Of a stretch of DNA of 64,000 bases, positions 50,931 through 64,000 are shown in pieces. The DNA is from Podarcis bocagei (taxonomy: Eukaryota). The translations under genes were made by a program, and so were the position numbers. The DNA is taken from NCBI GenBank assembly GCA_964188305.1, contig OZ076886.1. One strand, written 5' to 3'. Position 1 is the stretch's first letter; every line of letters starts with the position of its first letter. The notes beneath the pieces are model-generated. The model saw nothing but the letters and a program-made list of their open reading frames with translations. It was not told where the DNA came from and did not search any database.

Positions 50931-53899
50931 ACCCGATCTCCAATAACATGCCAGGTTCCCTTGGAGGCAGGAGCACTTTGTCATGGTAAGCCAAGTCTCA
51001 TGTATTTCCACTCATGTTAAACAAGGAATGCAGTGAGAAATATTTAACAGTAGGCGCTTGCATGCAGATTGTTCAAAGAAAGCCATGGTCTAAACATGGC
51101 CACCCAGTTGCATTGCACTGATTTAATCAGTATTAAAACAAAGTTTCAGGTAGTTAAAATTGAAATCGGCCTTGAACATATCTCATTCTGTTGCCTTTGT
51201 ATTAATCTGAGATGAAAACTATGGTCTGGACATTGGATAGACAGTTTTGCTAATTCACAGCAAAGTCGTCAAATGGTGGTCCGAAGTACATGTAACACAC
51301 TTTGGGATTCACTCCATCGTCATTATTCTCATTTACTTGTATGCCACTTTTCCATAGCTAAACCAATGCTCAAGGCAGCTTTCAACATCAAAAAAATTGT
51401 GTAATTCACTCAAACGCTTACAAAATTTCAATAGTTATATACAATAACTATTGAAAACATTTCAATAAATATAGAATAAAATTAAGAAATTCTTGTATAA
51501 TAAGGTATAACAATACTAAAAGATATTTCCAATAGCCCTATAATTAGGATGACTATGTTTATAATACTGTTCCTATATACATGTTCCTGTTTTTCCTGCT
51601 GCTGTTCATTGTTTTTATGTTTTTTAAAATATACTGCAAACAGATTTCAAAATATTAATTGACTTCAGAAATATTTAATTATGTATAAGTATAAAACCTC
51701 CGAATTAAAAAAACAAAAACCAAACCACTAGCATCCCTAATCATGTGATATGTTATATGTTAAACAACTAAATTTACTGCAATCCTATTCATACCTATCT
51801 GAGAGTAATCCCCAATGCCCTAAATGGGCCCTACTTCTGAATACACATATAGATTTGCATTGGGGGGAAAAGCCATGACAGGATCACAATATACCGGTAA
51901 CTGTCACTACCCCCAAACAGGTGTAATTTAACACTGAGGTGGAATAATAATAAGCTATTTGCATAAATTACCAAATTATTGTATGCTTATCAGTGTTTTT
52001 ACTGACAGATCTTATCCCTGCATGGTGAAATGGCTCAACAACAACTGTCATAGTGACCAATTGGCAGGTGAGAATTGTAGTTCCCCAAACATGTTCGATT
52101 TTAGCCGGACAAATATGTACAAATATTTTGTATGGAAAATTTTTAGAAATCATCTTTTAATTGTGTTTTTATTTGAGAAAAAAGTAATTTACTATTTTAC
52201 AGTAACTTTCATTTATTAGCATACTGTAGGAGCTGTCTACAACATTTAACAATATTAATTTTTAAGAGTTAGTGTTATGGAATCTCTATTTTTTAAAAAG
52301 GAACCTTTGAAATGCTACATACATTTACAAACATCTTCTCAGTGTTCAAGTGCTGTATGCTTCTGACACAGAAACTCAGAAATGCCTAGTGGGGTACTTG
52401 AAAAATTTCTATTAATAACTAATGAAATGCAGTGATTTATTGCATGGATTTTATATAGGGCTCTTCTTGCTTTGAGATGAAAACTGAAGCAGCTCTGTGA
52501 ATGAGCAAGCAGAGGATGCTCCCTGAAGGTTTGCAGTGGTGTGGGTGACACTTTTCTTGTCTCCCCAGAGGTGAAGTGTGTCATATCCTGAGCTCTTGCA
52601 ATCTTTACCAGCCTGGAAAGCTACAGGCTATTCCCAGAGCAGGCTATCTCACATTCACACATGCTTCTTATGTGGTTCGATTTCTTCCTTCTCCCATCCG
52701 TATTTTTTCCTTGTGTATAAAGAAAATAAAGGACTGAAGACAGAATGGATGCAGCAAAACCTAAGTAAGAATAGAGCTGAGATAATACTGTTGTATCCCT
52801 AGCTTACAATATTATGTAACATAGAGTTTCTCAACTTGGATTTTAGCACAAACTGCTGGTTGTCACAGTAAGTTCTTAGTGTAACAACTGAGCCAACCAA
52901 TTTAGGGAGCTTCAACTTTGTCTAAATAATAAATGCTACATTGAACAAGACAGAGAGTGGGACAAGGCAAGTCTTGTGAAAACTCCAACCATCACATGCA
53001 TTTCTATTTCATTTATTGTATTTTTTCGTTTAGAATCAAGAGAAATGATTGATCAAAGATTAAACTAAAAAGAAGCTCATTTCTGTCTATTGTTAGTAGA
53101 GATAAATGCTGAGCTACTACTAGTATATCCCACTGAACAATGGGAAATTTATCTTTCTTTATTCTGTTTTCATTGTCTTTTTTCTACTGAAAGGAAAGGG
53201 AAAATGAAAGTTGTAGAATTCTCACTAAAAATGTGTAGCACAGCTTGAGTATATCGTTTCAAAAGGGCATGCAGTAGCACAAAAAAAATGTGTTGCTACA
53301 TTTATTGCAAACTAAAAAGAAGACTATAGTGTGGATTTTCCAACAATAATACTTAGATGTTTAAAGACCTGTGCTCTGGAGTGTTCTAGAGAAGTCATAT
53401 TCTGCAACTTCAAAACCCTTCTTGCTAAGTCCTAGTACATGAAGACTGCTTTCAGTAATTCAATTTAATGGGGAATTCATTCTGTACATGCTCAGAAGCA
53501 GTTTCCCCCACCACTGATTTATGAGCCTTGGGGTTAAATTCTGTCCAGAAAAACAGGTTCTGCAGCTGAAGTCCAGCACAAATCTTAAGAGCTGGTGGGC
53601 AGTATAGATCAGAGGATGAGTGCTGTGCAGTTAACTCAAGCAAGCAGTTAAGTAAATATCTTGTCAGATTGTTTCAACAGCTAAAAATATTTTTTTCCTG
53701 ATGCATTTGACTGAAAAGGAAAAATGTTAGGTAGATGATAATTTAGCAGATGTCTAGTTTTGCTTCATCAGCCTGAAACAGGCAAATTTTGGCAACTCTT
53801 CCTCCTCCAATACAATGTTACAACCTGTGAATTTCTCATGGATGTGCCTCTCACAAGCTTCCATTTTCACTCTTGCAAAAACAACTGAAATTGCTCTTG

Positions 53900-53901
<2 letters not shown>

Positions 53902-53942
<41 letters not shown>
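53902..53942. repeat. (CA)n microsatellite, about 20 units
   Basis: Direct reading. Confidence 0.98.
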
Positions 53943-53944
<2 letters not shown>

Positions 53945-55247
53945 GTGAAGATCTGAAAGAAATAAAATGTAGTCTCAGAAAGTGATAGTTGTTTATATGA
54001 TTTTTATTTCATTGTTCTAATTTCAATATTATTTATCTCGAAGGCAGAAATTTGAAACATTTTTAGAAATACAGTGTTTGCCAGTGAAGGGGGTATAAGC
54101 TCCAAGGAAAAGAAAAGCACCTTAAGACAAAAATGTTTGGAAACACTTAAATGCAATGCAGCCATCAGCAAATAACATATATATCAACAAATGCAAAAGT
54201 GTGTCTTCACATATATTGCATTCTGGACATCAGCTATACTTACACAAACCAGGAAGTAAATAAAACAATTAAAGGAGGTGGACAGTATAAAATGTACAAT
54301 ATGGTTATGCCAGACAATATAGTGGCAATTCTTTGCATTTTTCATTTTTGAAAATGTAAGCATGTGAAACCCAAATTAAAAAGGCAGCTCTTCCTCCACT
54401 GCTTCAAGAATGTCACATTTGTTATTAAATAATTATGGGATGTATAGAGCATAAAGCAATGCCTTAATGTAACTTTGCCATCATGATGTCAGTCATGCAT
54501 CTTTAAATCAAATGACTGAAAATAAATTAGGCCAGCTGGTCATGTGCAGGAAGACATTTTTAGAAATGTAAGGTGTTTAGCCACATAGACAATTTCAGCT
54601 GTATGATATATGGTAATTTTATCTTTGGAAACTGCAACCATAATCACATTCATAATGCAATGATCCACTTGACAAAGGAATGTAAATGGTTAAGTAAATA
54701 CAAATTAGTGATCATTTGTTTGTTTTGGAAAAGACAGGTGAAACAATAGATTGTTTACAAAATTTCTGGGCACAATTCAAACTTCTTATTTTGACTGATA
54801 AATACCCTGCTTCTAAAACTATTGAAAGTTTTGGTGGCAAGATTCATTTGAGTCCTTTGTCATTTGAACCTTTCACTTCTCACTGCGCCCTCTGGGTGTG
54901 TTGTTTTTCCCTCACTGTTAATCTGATCTCCTTTATGTGTAATTTCTAGGGCATACTGCCCTCTCCTCTTAAAACGGACCTGCTTAGATCATACAACATT
55001 TGTCTTGCCCCTCCCCCAACCAGCTTGACTAGGACTATGCTTAGCAAAGCAAAGACACATAGGAGACATTCCAGTAATTTCTCTTAACCAAAAAAACCCA
55101 AACACCACTACCTCCAGTGACTTGCCTAAATCTAATTTTTTTTCTTGGGGCAGCGTAAGTTCTGTTTAGGCTTTTCTTTGGCAGCATATACACTCATCAT
55201 GTACCACCAGTCATTATGCAGCTAGGCCATCTTAAGCCCATTGAATC

Positions 55248-55422
55248 NNNNNNNNNNNNNNNNNNNNNNNNNNNNNNNNNNNNNNNNNNNNNNNNNNNNN
55301 NNNNNNNNNNNNNNNNNNNNNNNNNNNNNNNNNNNNNNNNNNNNNNNNNNNNNNNNNNNNNNNNNNNNNNNNNNNNNNNNNNNNNNNNNNNNNNNNNNNN
55401 NNNNNNNNNNNNNNNNNNNNNN
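55248..55422. other. Assembly gap (175 N)
   Basis: Run of N. Confidence 1.
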
Positions 55423-56779
55423 GTAATGTAATGCAATACATACTTCTTAGTTTTATCTTACAGAATATGATTCCCATCCCAGAGCTTCGGTTAGAGCATG
55501 ACATATGATAGCATAAAATTAATGGGGCTTTTTATTTCAGATAAACAAACATGCCTGCACTTTGCTTTGTTGTATATAACATTTGTTGAATACTAAACAT
55601 CCTTAATCCTTAATGACATCTGTGTGGTGCAGTATTTACTAGGGGGGTGGGTGAATGTTCTTGCATTCTCATTGAGATGTCAATTACAAGAAAAGGGCAA
55701 AAATATTGCCTGAGGGTGTTGAGTTCTAAATTAGGACACTCACACTGACAGAGGGATTAGCTCACTCTTTGAGAAAGAGAAGAAAGATGCAGTGCTGAGG
55801 CATACTTAAAGCCAGCGAATGGATCCTGCTTCCATAGTTAAGGGTGCCTTTCCATAGGTACCCTCCATTAAATATGAAATGTTCCTGTCATAGCATTTTT
55901 TGCTTTGACACAAATAAGGTGAGTTTAAAAGCAATGCAAATGTAAGGTATGAAAAGAAGTCTTCGATTTCTGAAGAACATCAGCTCAAAAAGATCCCCCC
56001 TCCCAATCCCTCTCAGTTTCTGTGTAATCTGCACAATGAAAAGTTAGACTCGATATACATATTCTTATACTGAAATCATGATCAAAGTGCAGCTTGTTTC
56101 TTTGTGTAGATATTCATTGAGGAGGGAGTGAGAAGCACACATAAGAAACACTGAAATGGAATTTAGGTCAAGGTAAAAGCACTTGACACCTGATAACTTA
56201 GATGAATAGAGCCTGTTTAGAATTAACAACTCCACCCTTTTACTAATCCTGTGTAAAACAGATTTTAGCATTGTTTTACCAGCCTTTAATATCTTATTTC
56301 TTCCTTTCAAGCAGGAGTACCGTACATTTCTGCTCTGAATTGCTGCTTTACCATTGAAGACTTGTTGTGTTGATGCTGCTTGCTGCTGAAACAATTACAA
56401 TCCATTTTTCTCTTAAATCTCCTTCATTTTCCTTGTAAAATCTCAATAAGTATTTGAAGGTTTTTGTAAGAAGTGAATTTCACTAGTAATTTAATTGTTG
56501 AAGACTGGCTATATAACAGATGCAACAACAATATTCTTCATAACTTTTTTAAAATTAATCTTAAATCAAAAATATAACCTAGCTTTTGAATAACTTGAAA
56601 TCAGTGTTGGACTCATAATTTATTATTACATTCTTTCTCATTTTGTATAGCAACAATAAATGTGAAGTTAAACTCATTATTATTTGTTATCACTTTCTTT
56701 ATAAAATGCCACCAATGTGTGATGCTTTATTTATCCCCCATTGATCAAAATGTCTGAACAGTATCAAAATTAGGAATTT

Positions 56780-56940
56780 AGTGGGACAGGGAGTTCCACA
56801 GTCTGGGTGCCATTACAACCAAGGCCCTTCTTCCTGGTTCCCAATAATTGCTCTTTAGCCAACAGTGAGACACACAGAGGGCCCATCCATCCAGCCATAC
56901 GCATAGGGTGAGGACAGGTCTATATGGGGAGAGTTGATCT
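56780..56940 (-). mobile_element. Degenerate L2 fragment
   Basis: Minus strand AGGGCCTTGGTTGTAATGGCACCCAGACTGTGGAACTCCCTG encodes RALVVMAPRLWNSL, the L2 ORF2 end motif. Confidence 0.6.
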
Positions 56941-58494
56941 AGAAGGACTGGTAATAAAGCTGTTATAATGTGTACACCAGCCCCAAGATAACAGCCTGAA
57001 GATATTTCACTTTTCCCATTTTAAGTTTTCTTTCAGTTTGTCTCTTTATAAGCACTTCCTGTTTTTGCGTTTAATTCAGCTTCTTCTAATTTATTTAATT
57101 AATTGTAATTTCTGGCATTTCACAGGAAAATAAAAGTTGGTCCATTTAAAGTTACTGTACCTTAACAAATGCACCTAAAGTGTCACTATTTCTGCATGCA
57201 CGAAAGCTTAAAGCTTCAAAACTCCCATGAGCAATCTTCTAACACTAATTAGATATTTGCTAATTAGTGTCTGATGTGTGAAATGAAAAACATTTTGAAA
57301 CTGAAGCAGGTCTAGAAAGATAGTTACTGTACACTAGTACACCTTTTTTCTGTGTTATCGCATTTCATAAATATGAATAAGATCACATGATACTACCCAT
57401 TCTATAAAATTATCTCTCTGAACAAAGCCTTTTGTATAATATAATAAGGATGTGTCAATATTTTGCATTTAGAAGCACTCAATGGAGGCAAGTGTTTTCT
57501 CTCAATGTTAAAGAGATGTCACATTTCACACATCACTTTTATGCTGCATTAACTGGTGCCACTTTTAAACTTGGCTCATCTTTGATGCTTCTGAAATGAA
57601 GAATGCAAAACAATAGAAATAATCCTTTTCACTTCTCAACTATCTTGTTCAGTTCATGTTGCTCACAGATGACAGAGAGCTGCTATTTTATGCAGTTACA
57701 GCAAACAACTTTGAAAAGTCAGCTTTGGAAAGCTATTAAATACAACCAGTGAACATAACTGATTTCGAAAATCTATGTTGTAGCTATAAGGAACAGAATG
57801 CAAATAACTCATTCTTGTACTATGCAAATCCGCCCATTGTAACTGAAATAATTTTGATACTGTTTTGTGACTACACACAAAAGTATGAATGAAAGTTAGC
57901 TGCAGTAGTGGCACATAGTTACCCACCAATATCAAAGCACCCCAAGAACCATTACAGGCTTATTTTCAGTTAGGTAAATGATTTTGTTGACTGATTTATT
58001 CTTACCAGTGTTATTTATCCAGCTATATATGCCTCATTTTGTTTTAAATAGTGTAACACTTTCTCTTTTATGGCACAATGTCATATAAATAATTTTGTTT
58101 CTGAGCTTTTACCCCCTCTGACTTGTTAATTAGAATTTGAGTTTCATTGGTGATTTTTAATTATAAACCCTTTTTTATCTAAACAAAAGTGGTACAAGGA
58201 ATTTGTCAGAAGGCTGATTTTATACTGTTATCAATGAATAACGCACAACATATTTTTAGAAGTTATTAAAAGTACTTAATGAGACTGGATTCAGCTACTT
58301 CACACATCATAAATGTGAAGGGCTACGGACCCAATGCTATTTACACACTAGTTTAAATGCTTGTACAGAAGAATATTCACTTTTTTCAGAAAATGACATT
58401 TAGGCTTGTTTCATTTACTGGTGCCATAAAAGCGCTGTAGCCAGGTCACACTCTATGAATGTTTTTAAATAAGGATCAAATTTTGTACTCTGTT

Positions 58495-59113
58495 ATAGAA
58501 TAGAATAGAATCATAGAATCATAGAATCATAGAGTTGGAAGAGACCACAAGGGCCATCGAGTCCAACCCCCTGCCAAGCAGGAAACACCATCAGAGCACT
58601 CCTGACATATGGTTGTCAAGCCTCTGCTTAAAGACCTCCAAAGTAGGAGACTCCACCACACTCCTTGGCAGCAAATTCCACTGTCGAACAGCTCTTACTG
58701 TCAGGAAGTTCTTCCTAATGTTTAGGTGGAATCTTCTTTCTTGTAGTTTGGATCCATTGCTCCGTGTTCGCTTCTCTGGAGCAGCAGAAAACAACCTTTC
58801 TCCCTCCTCTATGTGACATCCTTTTATATATTTGAACATGGCTATCATATCACCCCTTAACCTCCTCTTCTCCAGGCTAAACATGCCCAGCTCCCTTAGC
58901 CGTTCCTCATAAGGCATCGTTTCCAGGCCTTTGACCATTTTGGTTGCCCTCCTCTGGACACGTTCCAGTTTGTCAGTGTCCTTCTTGAATTGTGGTGCCC
59001 AGAACTGGACACAGTACTCCAGGTGTGGTCTGACCAGAGCAGAATACAGTGGCACTATTACTTCCCTTGATCTAGATGCTATACTCCTATTGATGCAGCC
59101 CAGAATTGCATTG
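58495..59113 (-). mobile_element. Young 5'-truncated CR1 LINE (ORF2 C-terminus, 3' UTR, (ATTCTATG)n tail)
   Basis: Uninterrupted frame [40 protein letters not shown]...[11 protein letters not shown]...[15 protein letters not shown]...FKQRLD (ORF 58591-59172; the first ~20 aa come from flanking DNA). The octamer tail reads CATAGAAT repeats on +. Confidence 0.97.
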
Positions 59114-60189
59114 TTGGAGAATCCTAGACAGCCACAGTGTGCGGGGGAAAGTAATGGGCATGTAGCTGTCAATTATTTACTGCAGTTGATCACCCAACTG
59201 AAGAAGCAAGGAAGTTTTAAATGGGAAACTGACTTGCCCTTTTCTCCATGTGCTCATCTGTAGTTTAAAAACAACAACATTTCTTTCTGGCCTGCATTAC
59301 GGCCGTCTTGGATTACATCATTGGTATTATCTGCCGTATTGCACCAATGGTTGGCCAGTTGTTTGGGAATTTGTTAACCAATTGAAATGTATTGCACCAG
59401 AATATCACTGCCAAATCTGCAAAATTCTTTGATATAGGGGTTCCTCCAATGTATTTTACACAGCCAATATGTTTCCTATGTAACTACAACAGCTGTGCTT
59501 CCTTCAGAAAATATATTAGGGTTATAGATGTTATATGCCCAACTGGAGTTTGGGGATGCTGCTGAGTGTCTTGAATGACGTGTGAAGGAGACATTAGAAT
59601 AGAAAGCTAAAAGAAAGGTGTGGACTGGAATTCCGAATTTTCTCCTCCCCCCTTTTAAATAGCAACAATCATGCTTGGAAGCCAAACAGCGAAGCTTTGG
59701 AAGCTGAGGATGTGTTGGGCTGTATCCAATCTTTTCTTTCTGCTTGCACAACAGACTTCCACTTGTGCAATAGAACTTCCCCCTCCTTTCCAAACCCTTA
59801 GGCACCCTCATTTTCCTGAGGGTTTGGGGCCCCCTTGGGGCATATTTGGGGGGGTACACAGATAGGAGTTGATAGAGAAGTCCCATTGTGTGAGTGAAAT
59901 GCCACTCATGCAGCATGGGATACCAACCAACATTTGGTAAGCCAAACAAGGTGTCAATGTACCTGTAGGAAGAATCAAAGTTCCTAAGGAAAAGGTTGTG
60001 AAGGAAGGAGAACTGGATAGATATTAACAAAGGGACCTGACAAAGTAACAGGTGGTTCTGGCAAGGAAGCTTCAATTGAAAGAGAAGGGAACCATGAAGT
60101 TCAGAAAACCTGGGGGGGGGGGGAATTGAAGGAAAACTCACAACTGCCCTGAGAACAGGAAAGGGATATTTGGGAAACTGGGAGAATAA

Positions 60190-60815
60190 AGTCATGGCAG
60201 GGACATGTCTTCATATAATCAATGGATCTGATAAGAAGTATCCTGAAATCCTGGCCTACCTGGCAACAAGCCAGTATGTCATGTCTCCAGTCCAGTGTCA
60301 ATCCACATGTCCAAACAGAGGCAAAGTCCTGCAGACACCCTGGAGCATTCAAATTCAGGTCCATCAACATAAGCAGTGAGCAGACACAGGACCTCAGCTC
60401 TGCTGCCCTTTTATACCTTTGCATGATTTTAGCATCTGGGCTTGATGAGGCATGTGACCCTCACCTGTTCCAAGCTTACTCCAGTCAAGGAATCACACAT
60501 CTCCCAGAGCTAGCAAGTCCCACCTGGTCAGCCAGTGAGCTGGGCTGTGGACCCTTCCCTGCCTCAGCCTCCTGGAGCGCCCTGCTCACTGCTCCCTATG
60601 CCTCAGAGCCCGCCGTGTTTGTGGATACACAAGCCCCTCTGGCTCTGGTGATGGGTCCTGCTGCTCTGCTTCCTGTGCATGGACCCCCATCCCCTCATCA
60701 CCTTCTGCCACCCTGTACTTCCTACACCAACCTCTCCTTCCGCATGCCCAGCTTTCCCTGGTGTGCCCCAATCCCAGCTACACCCTCCTCCCCATTGTCC
60801 TGCCAACTCATGACA
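60190..60815 (-). mobile_element. Probable solo LTR (Gypsy/ERV-like)
   Basis: GC-rich 0.63 kb block bounded by (A)GTCATG...CATGACA, with TATA-like GGTATAAAAGG on the minus strand at 60408-60418. It accounts for the low-complexity ORF 60222-60905. No TSD recognised. Confidence 0.5.
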
Positions 60816-63800
60816 AGGAGTTGGGGTGGGAGCAGAATAGTAATGCAAAAAGAAAAGCAGTTCTCCTGTGTACGTTTCCAAAAAAAGAGAGATGATGTCT
60901 CTTAAAAATACACTGGAAAGGAAAATGGTGGTGATTGCCTCCCAATCAGGTTGTAAAGGACTGATATCATGTACCTACTTTCTTCTGATTTTTGTGGTTG
61001 TAATATCTCAGTATAATTAAAAATATTAAAGCATGTCATATGAAAAGGGGGGAAGGTTTCAATAAAATATAGTACTAGAAAACTCACATGCTATCATAAT
61101 TATAAGGAAAATGCCATGCTCTCCTCTTACTTGGAAGGAAAGGCAGCATAAGGAATCAAGATAACAGTTGCAGACCCTTCATCAATCCAGCCATATTGAG
61201 AGGCACGGCTTATCTGCAGTATCATGGATGATTTTGTCTCCTTAGTTTAAAAATAGCTTAATTCACGAGACAGGAAGTCTGGGGCTTTGAGCAGTTTTAG
61301 AGGCACTTCCATGTAATTTTAACTGATATTTTGATCTTAATGGATTTATATTCATTACATGAACAGCATTAACCCCAACCCTCAGTCACCATAGGCAAGA
61401 AGATTAAAAATAAGAACTAACCTACACAAAACCACACCTATAATTTTCCTTATTATCTTTGATGCTATGCAATAAACTTCATCACAATATATTATCTCCA
61501 CTGGGCTCTATTTGAAAGAGATCCCAGTCCTGTGGAGCTAGCTTCCATTTCTCTGTATTTCTTAACTAAAATTTAATAAATAATACTGTGGCTTTGATAT
61601 GACATTGAAGATGTTCTCCCTATTGCTCATGAAGAGGAAAGGCTGAAAGTCTAGTTTTGATTCTAACTAAACAATTTCAAACAATTTTTCTATCACTGCA
61701 ATCTACAATGCCTGCCATTTTTTATTTTATTTTTTGTAATTGTATGTTTATGTACTTAAATTCATTTACCAATAGCCAACTCTGTTATATTTGTGATGGA
61801 GAAACCTCCTTCTGGAAACGTATCAGTGACTAATTAAAAAAGCAGACTTGTCAACTTCCTGGACAAAGCAAATAAACTACCAGGGTTCATTTTGCCTGTG
61901 CTTAGATAAAATTGGTAAGCTGAAAACTGAAGCTGATGCTTCTGTTCTCCTTATTGCAGCTGCCCCAGTTGAGGAGAGAGGAAGTGCACAGGGCCAATTT
62001 TAATGTACAATTTTAATGTATTTTAATGTATTCTTATGGTAGTGTTGTGTATGAACTGGGCCATAGGACTGATCTAGACAAGTGTACTTCTGCATAATAA
62101 GCTCTGATACAAACAAGATTTGTAAGCACACATAGAGTCATTCTGCTTCCCTCCCTTCTGGTGTGAGGAAACAAATCAGGACCTTTTAAATTAAGTATAG
62201 TTTCTCGTTCTGTTCAGATTGGGAAATTATGGTTAACAGCATCAGAGCAAGACAAGTTATTATGCCAACTTCAAACCATGACTTAATATCTTGGCTTGTT
62301 CTGAAGTTGTAAATCGTAGTTTTCCAATTATAATTTAACAAAAATCTGTAATTATTTCTTATACTATTGTATGCAGGCAATGACCATTTTACACTTGTTC
62401 AGCACACATGCGATCATGCATGCAGACATCATGCAACCCAGAAGTGGCCAGAAAAGGGGCTGGAATAGGGCAGACTTACACTGATAGTTATTGCTTTCCT
62501 CTCCCATTTGCCTTTAAGAATGAATGCCACACTGAGAAAGACAAACTTCAAAACTACCTTTCTCTCTGCATGGTCCAAATCTGCAACTGACAATAATCTC
62601 TGGTTCCCTTGCCTCATTGACCAAGAGCCCCAAAGCAAGATTTCACCTCCCAAAGTCCTTTTGGGAGAAATATACATGTGTGTGAAAGAAAGAAACAGAA
62701 AAATAAACAAATCCTATACTTGTTGATGCTTTTCTAATTTACAAATAAAATACCTATTTGGTTTTAAAACATTCTAATCTAAAGTTGTCCAAGTGTGAGC
62801 AGAACAAATTTCAGATCCTGCAACATAACTTCACGTATTCTGAACCCCATGGAGACATCATAGTAGGGCTGGTGAGAGGGAAGGAAGAACTGGAAGGCAC
62901 TATGGTACCTGATCCCAGGGAGCAGCCAACTGGATTCTTAGGAGGAAGTTCCATTTCAGTATCATCAGATATCCCTAGCATTAACTGTGTCAATGGCTGG
63001 ACAACAGCTTTGCTTATGCCTAATCAAGAACTGTAAAGCTCCATTTTAACTGTTGATCTGCAAAGCCTGATCTGTGTTTGGGCATTGTCATGAATTCCAG
63101 AATAAAACTTCTGGAAATATTCAAGACAAAAGTGAATGAGATCCAGAACATCACCTTCCTCTCCTTCCCCTGCAGTCTCACCCTCTCTAAATCTACTTTG
63201 GACAATTGGGAAACAGTTTAGATTAGAAAAAATTCTTTTGCAGTGTTGGATTCTGTCCTGTGTGCGCTTGAACTCCTTCATACAGCATGTTTTATTTCAC
63301 TGATCTGCATTGTTTAATTTGCTTTTGCTAAAAATGCATCCAATGCTATACCAGTGAAGTTCTGGGACTTCTGTTTCCTTTCCTACCCCATGCACTCCAA
63401 ATATATGCTTTGAAGGGTCCCCCAACATTCTAGAGCTGATTTTGATAGGCTGCAGGGCATTGGAGAGAAAAAGGAAGCTCCTTTGCAGGCATGGAAGTCC
63501 ATCACAACAGAGGAGCTGCAGTTACATAAAGCCCTCTGTTTTGAAGATACTTGGTTAAAGCCTGCACAAGTTCCAGTTCCTATGATTCTTGTTCAATATA
63601 ACATTTCTGAGCAAGTTCAAAAACATCTTCAAGGTTCAGAATAATTATGGTTTCCAAAAAACTCCAGTTCTAATTATATATTTTTAAAGAAATTATGTTT
63701 CTGAACATACTTAGAAGCATTTTTTATTTAAGCACTTCAGAACGCTTCTGATAGTGAAATATGCTCCCTTCTGCTCCTATTTCTGTTATTCTACCTCCAT

Positions 63801-64000
63801 GTAAGCAAAGGTGATTTAAATTTACCCCACCTCTTCCACTTACCTTTGCTTGTAACGCAAAGGATGATCAGGTTTTAGCAAGTGGGTTTTTGCATGTCTT
63901 CTTTCAAGTTTTTACAAGTCCTCAGTGGAAATAGTCACAAGAACCAGATTGTTTTTTAAGCCAAACAGAGGGATGTTTTTGGATCCCTAATCAGCCATCA

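Noticed and set aside
1-64000. Most ORFs in the supplied six-frame track as genes
   Set aside because: They are short, often start at non-ATG codons, have no recognisable domains or splice structure, and are expected by chance in eukaryotic intronic DNA.

Overview
Vertebrate (not prokaryotic) genomic DNA, AT-rich and almost entirely non-coding. The repeats (Sauria/Squam3-type tRNA SINEs, CR1, L2 and L1 LINE remnants, hAT and Tc1/mariner MITEs) point to a squamate, probably a lacertid lizard. The only host coding sequence I can support is a 46-nt minus-strand segment at 32556-32601 (MLHTANKGRKASTEA-G, ending in a canonical phase-1 CAG|GTAAG donor). From memory, this matches the alternative short N-terminus of vertebrate teneurin-2 (MLHAANKGRKPSAEAG|RPIPP...). 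If so, the window lies in a very large 5' intron of TENM2 and contains its internal promoter. The rest is intronic: several CpG-retaining, repeat-poor blocks that look like conserved non-coding elements, about 25 TE copies (several with readable TSDs), microsatellites and two assembly gaps. The most unusual structures are a cluster of long hairpins at 25.3-25.5 kb and a CR1 fragment with a 51-bp fold-back duplication plus a nested SINE at 43.8-44.7 kb. I found no evidence for a new multi-gene system. Nearly all ORFs in the supplied track are spurious or TE-derived.
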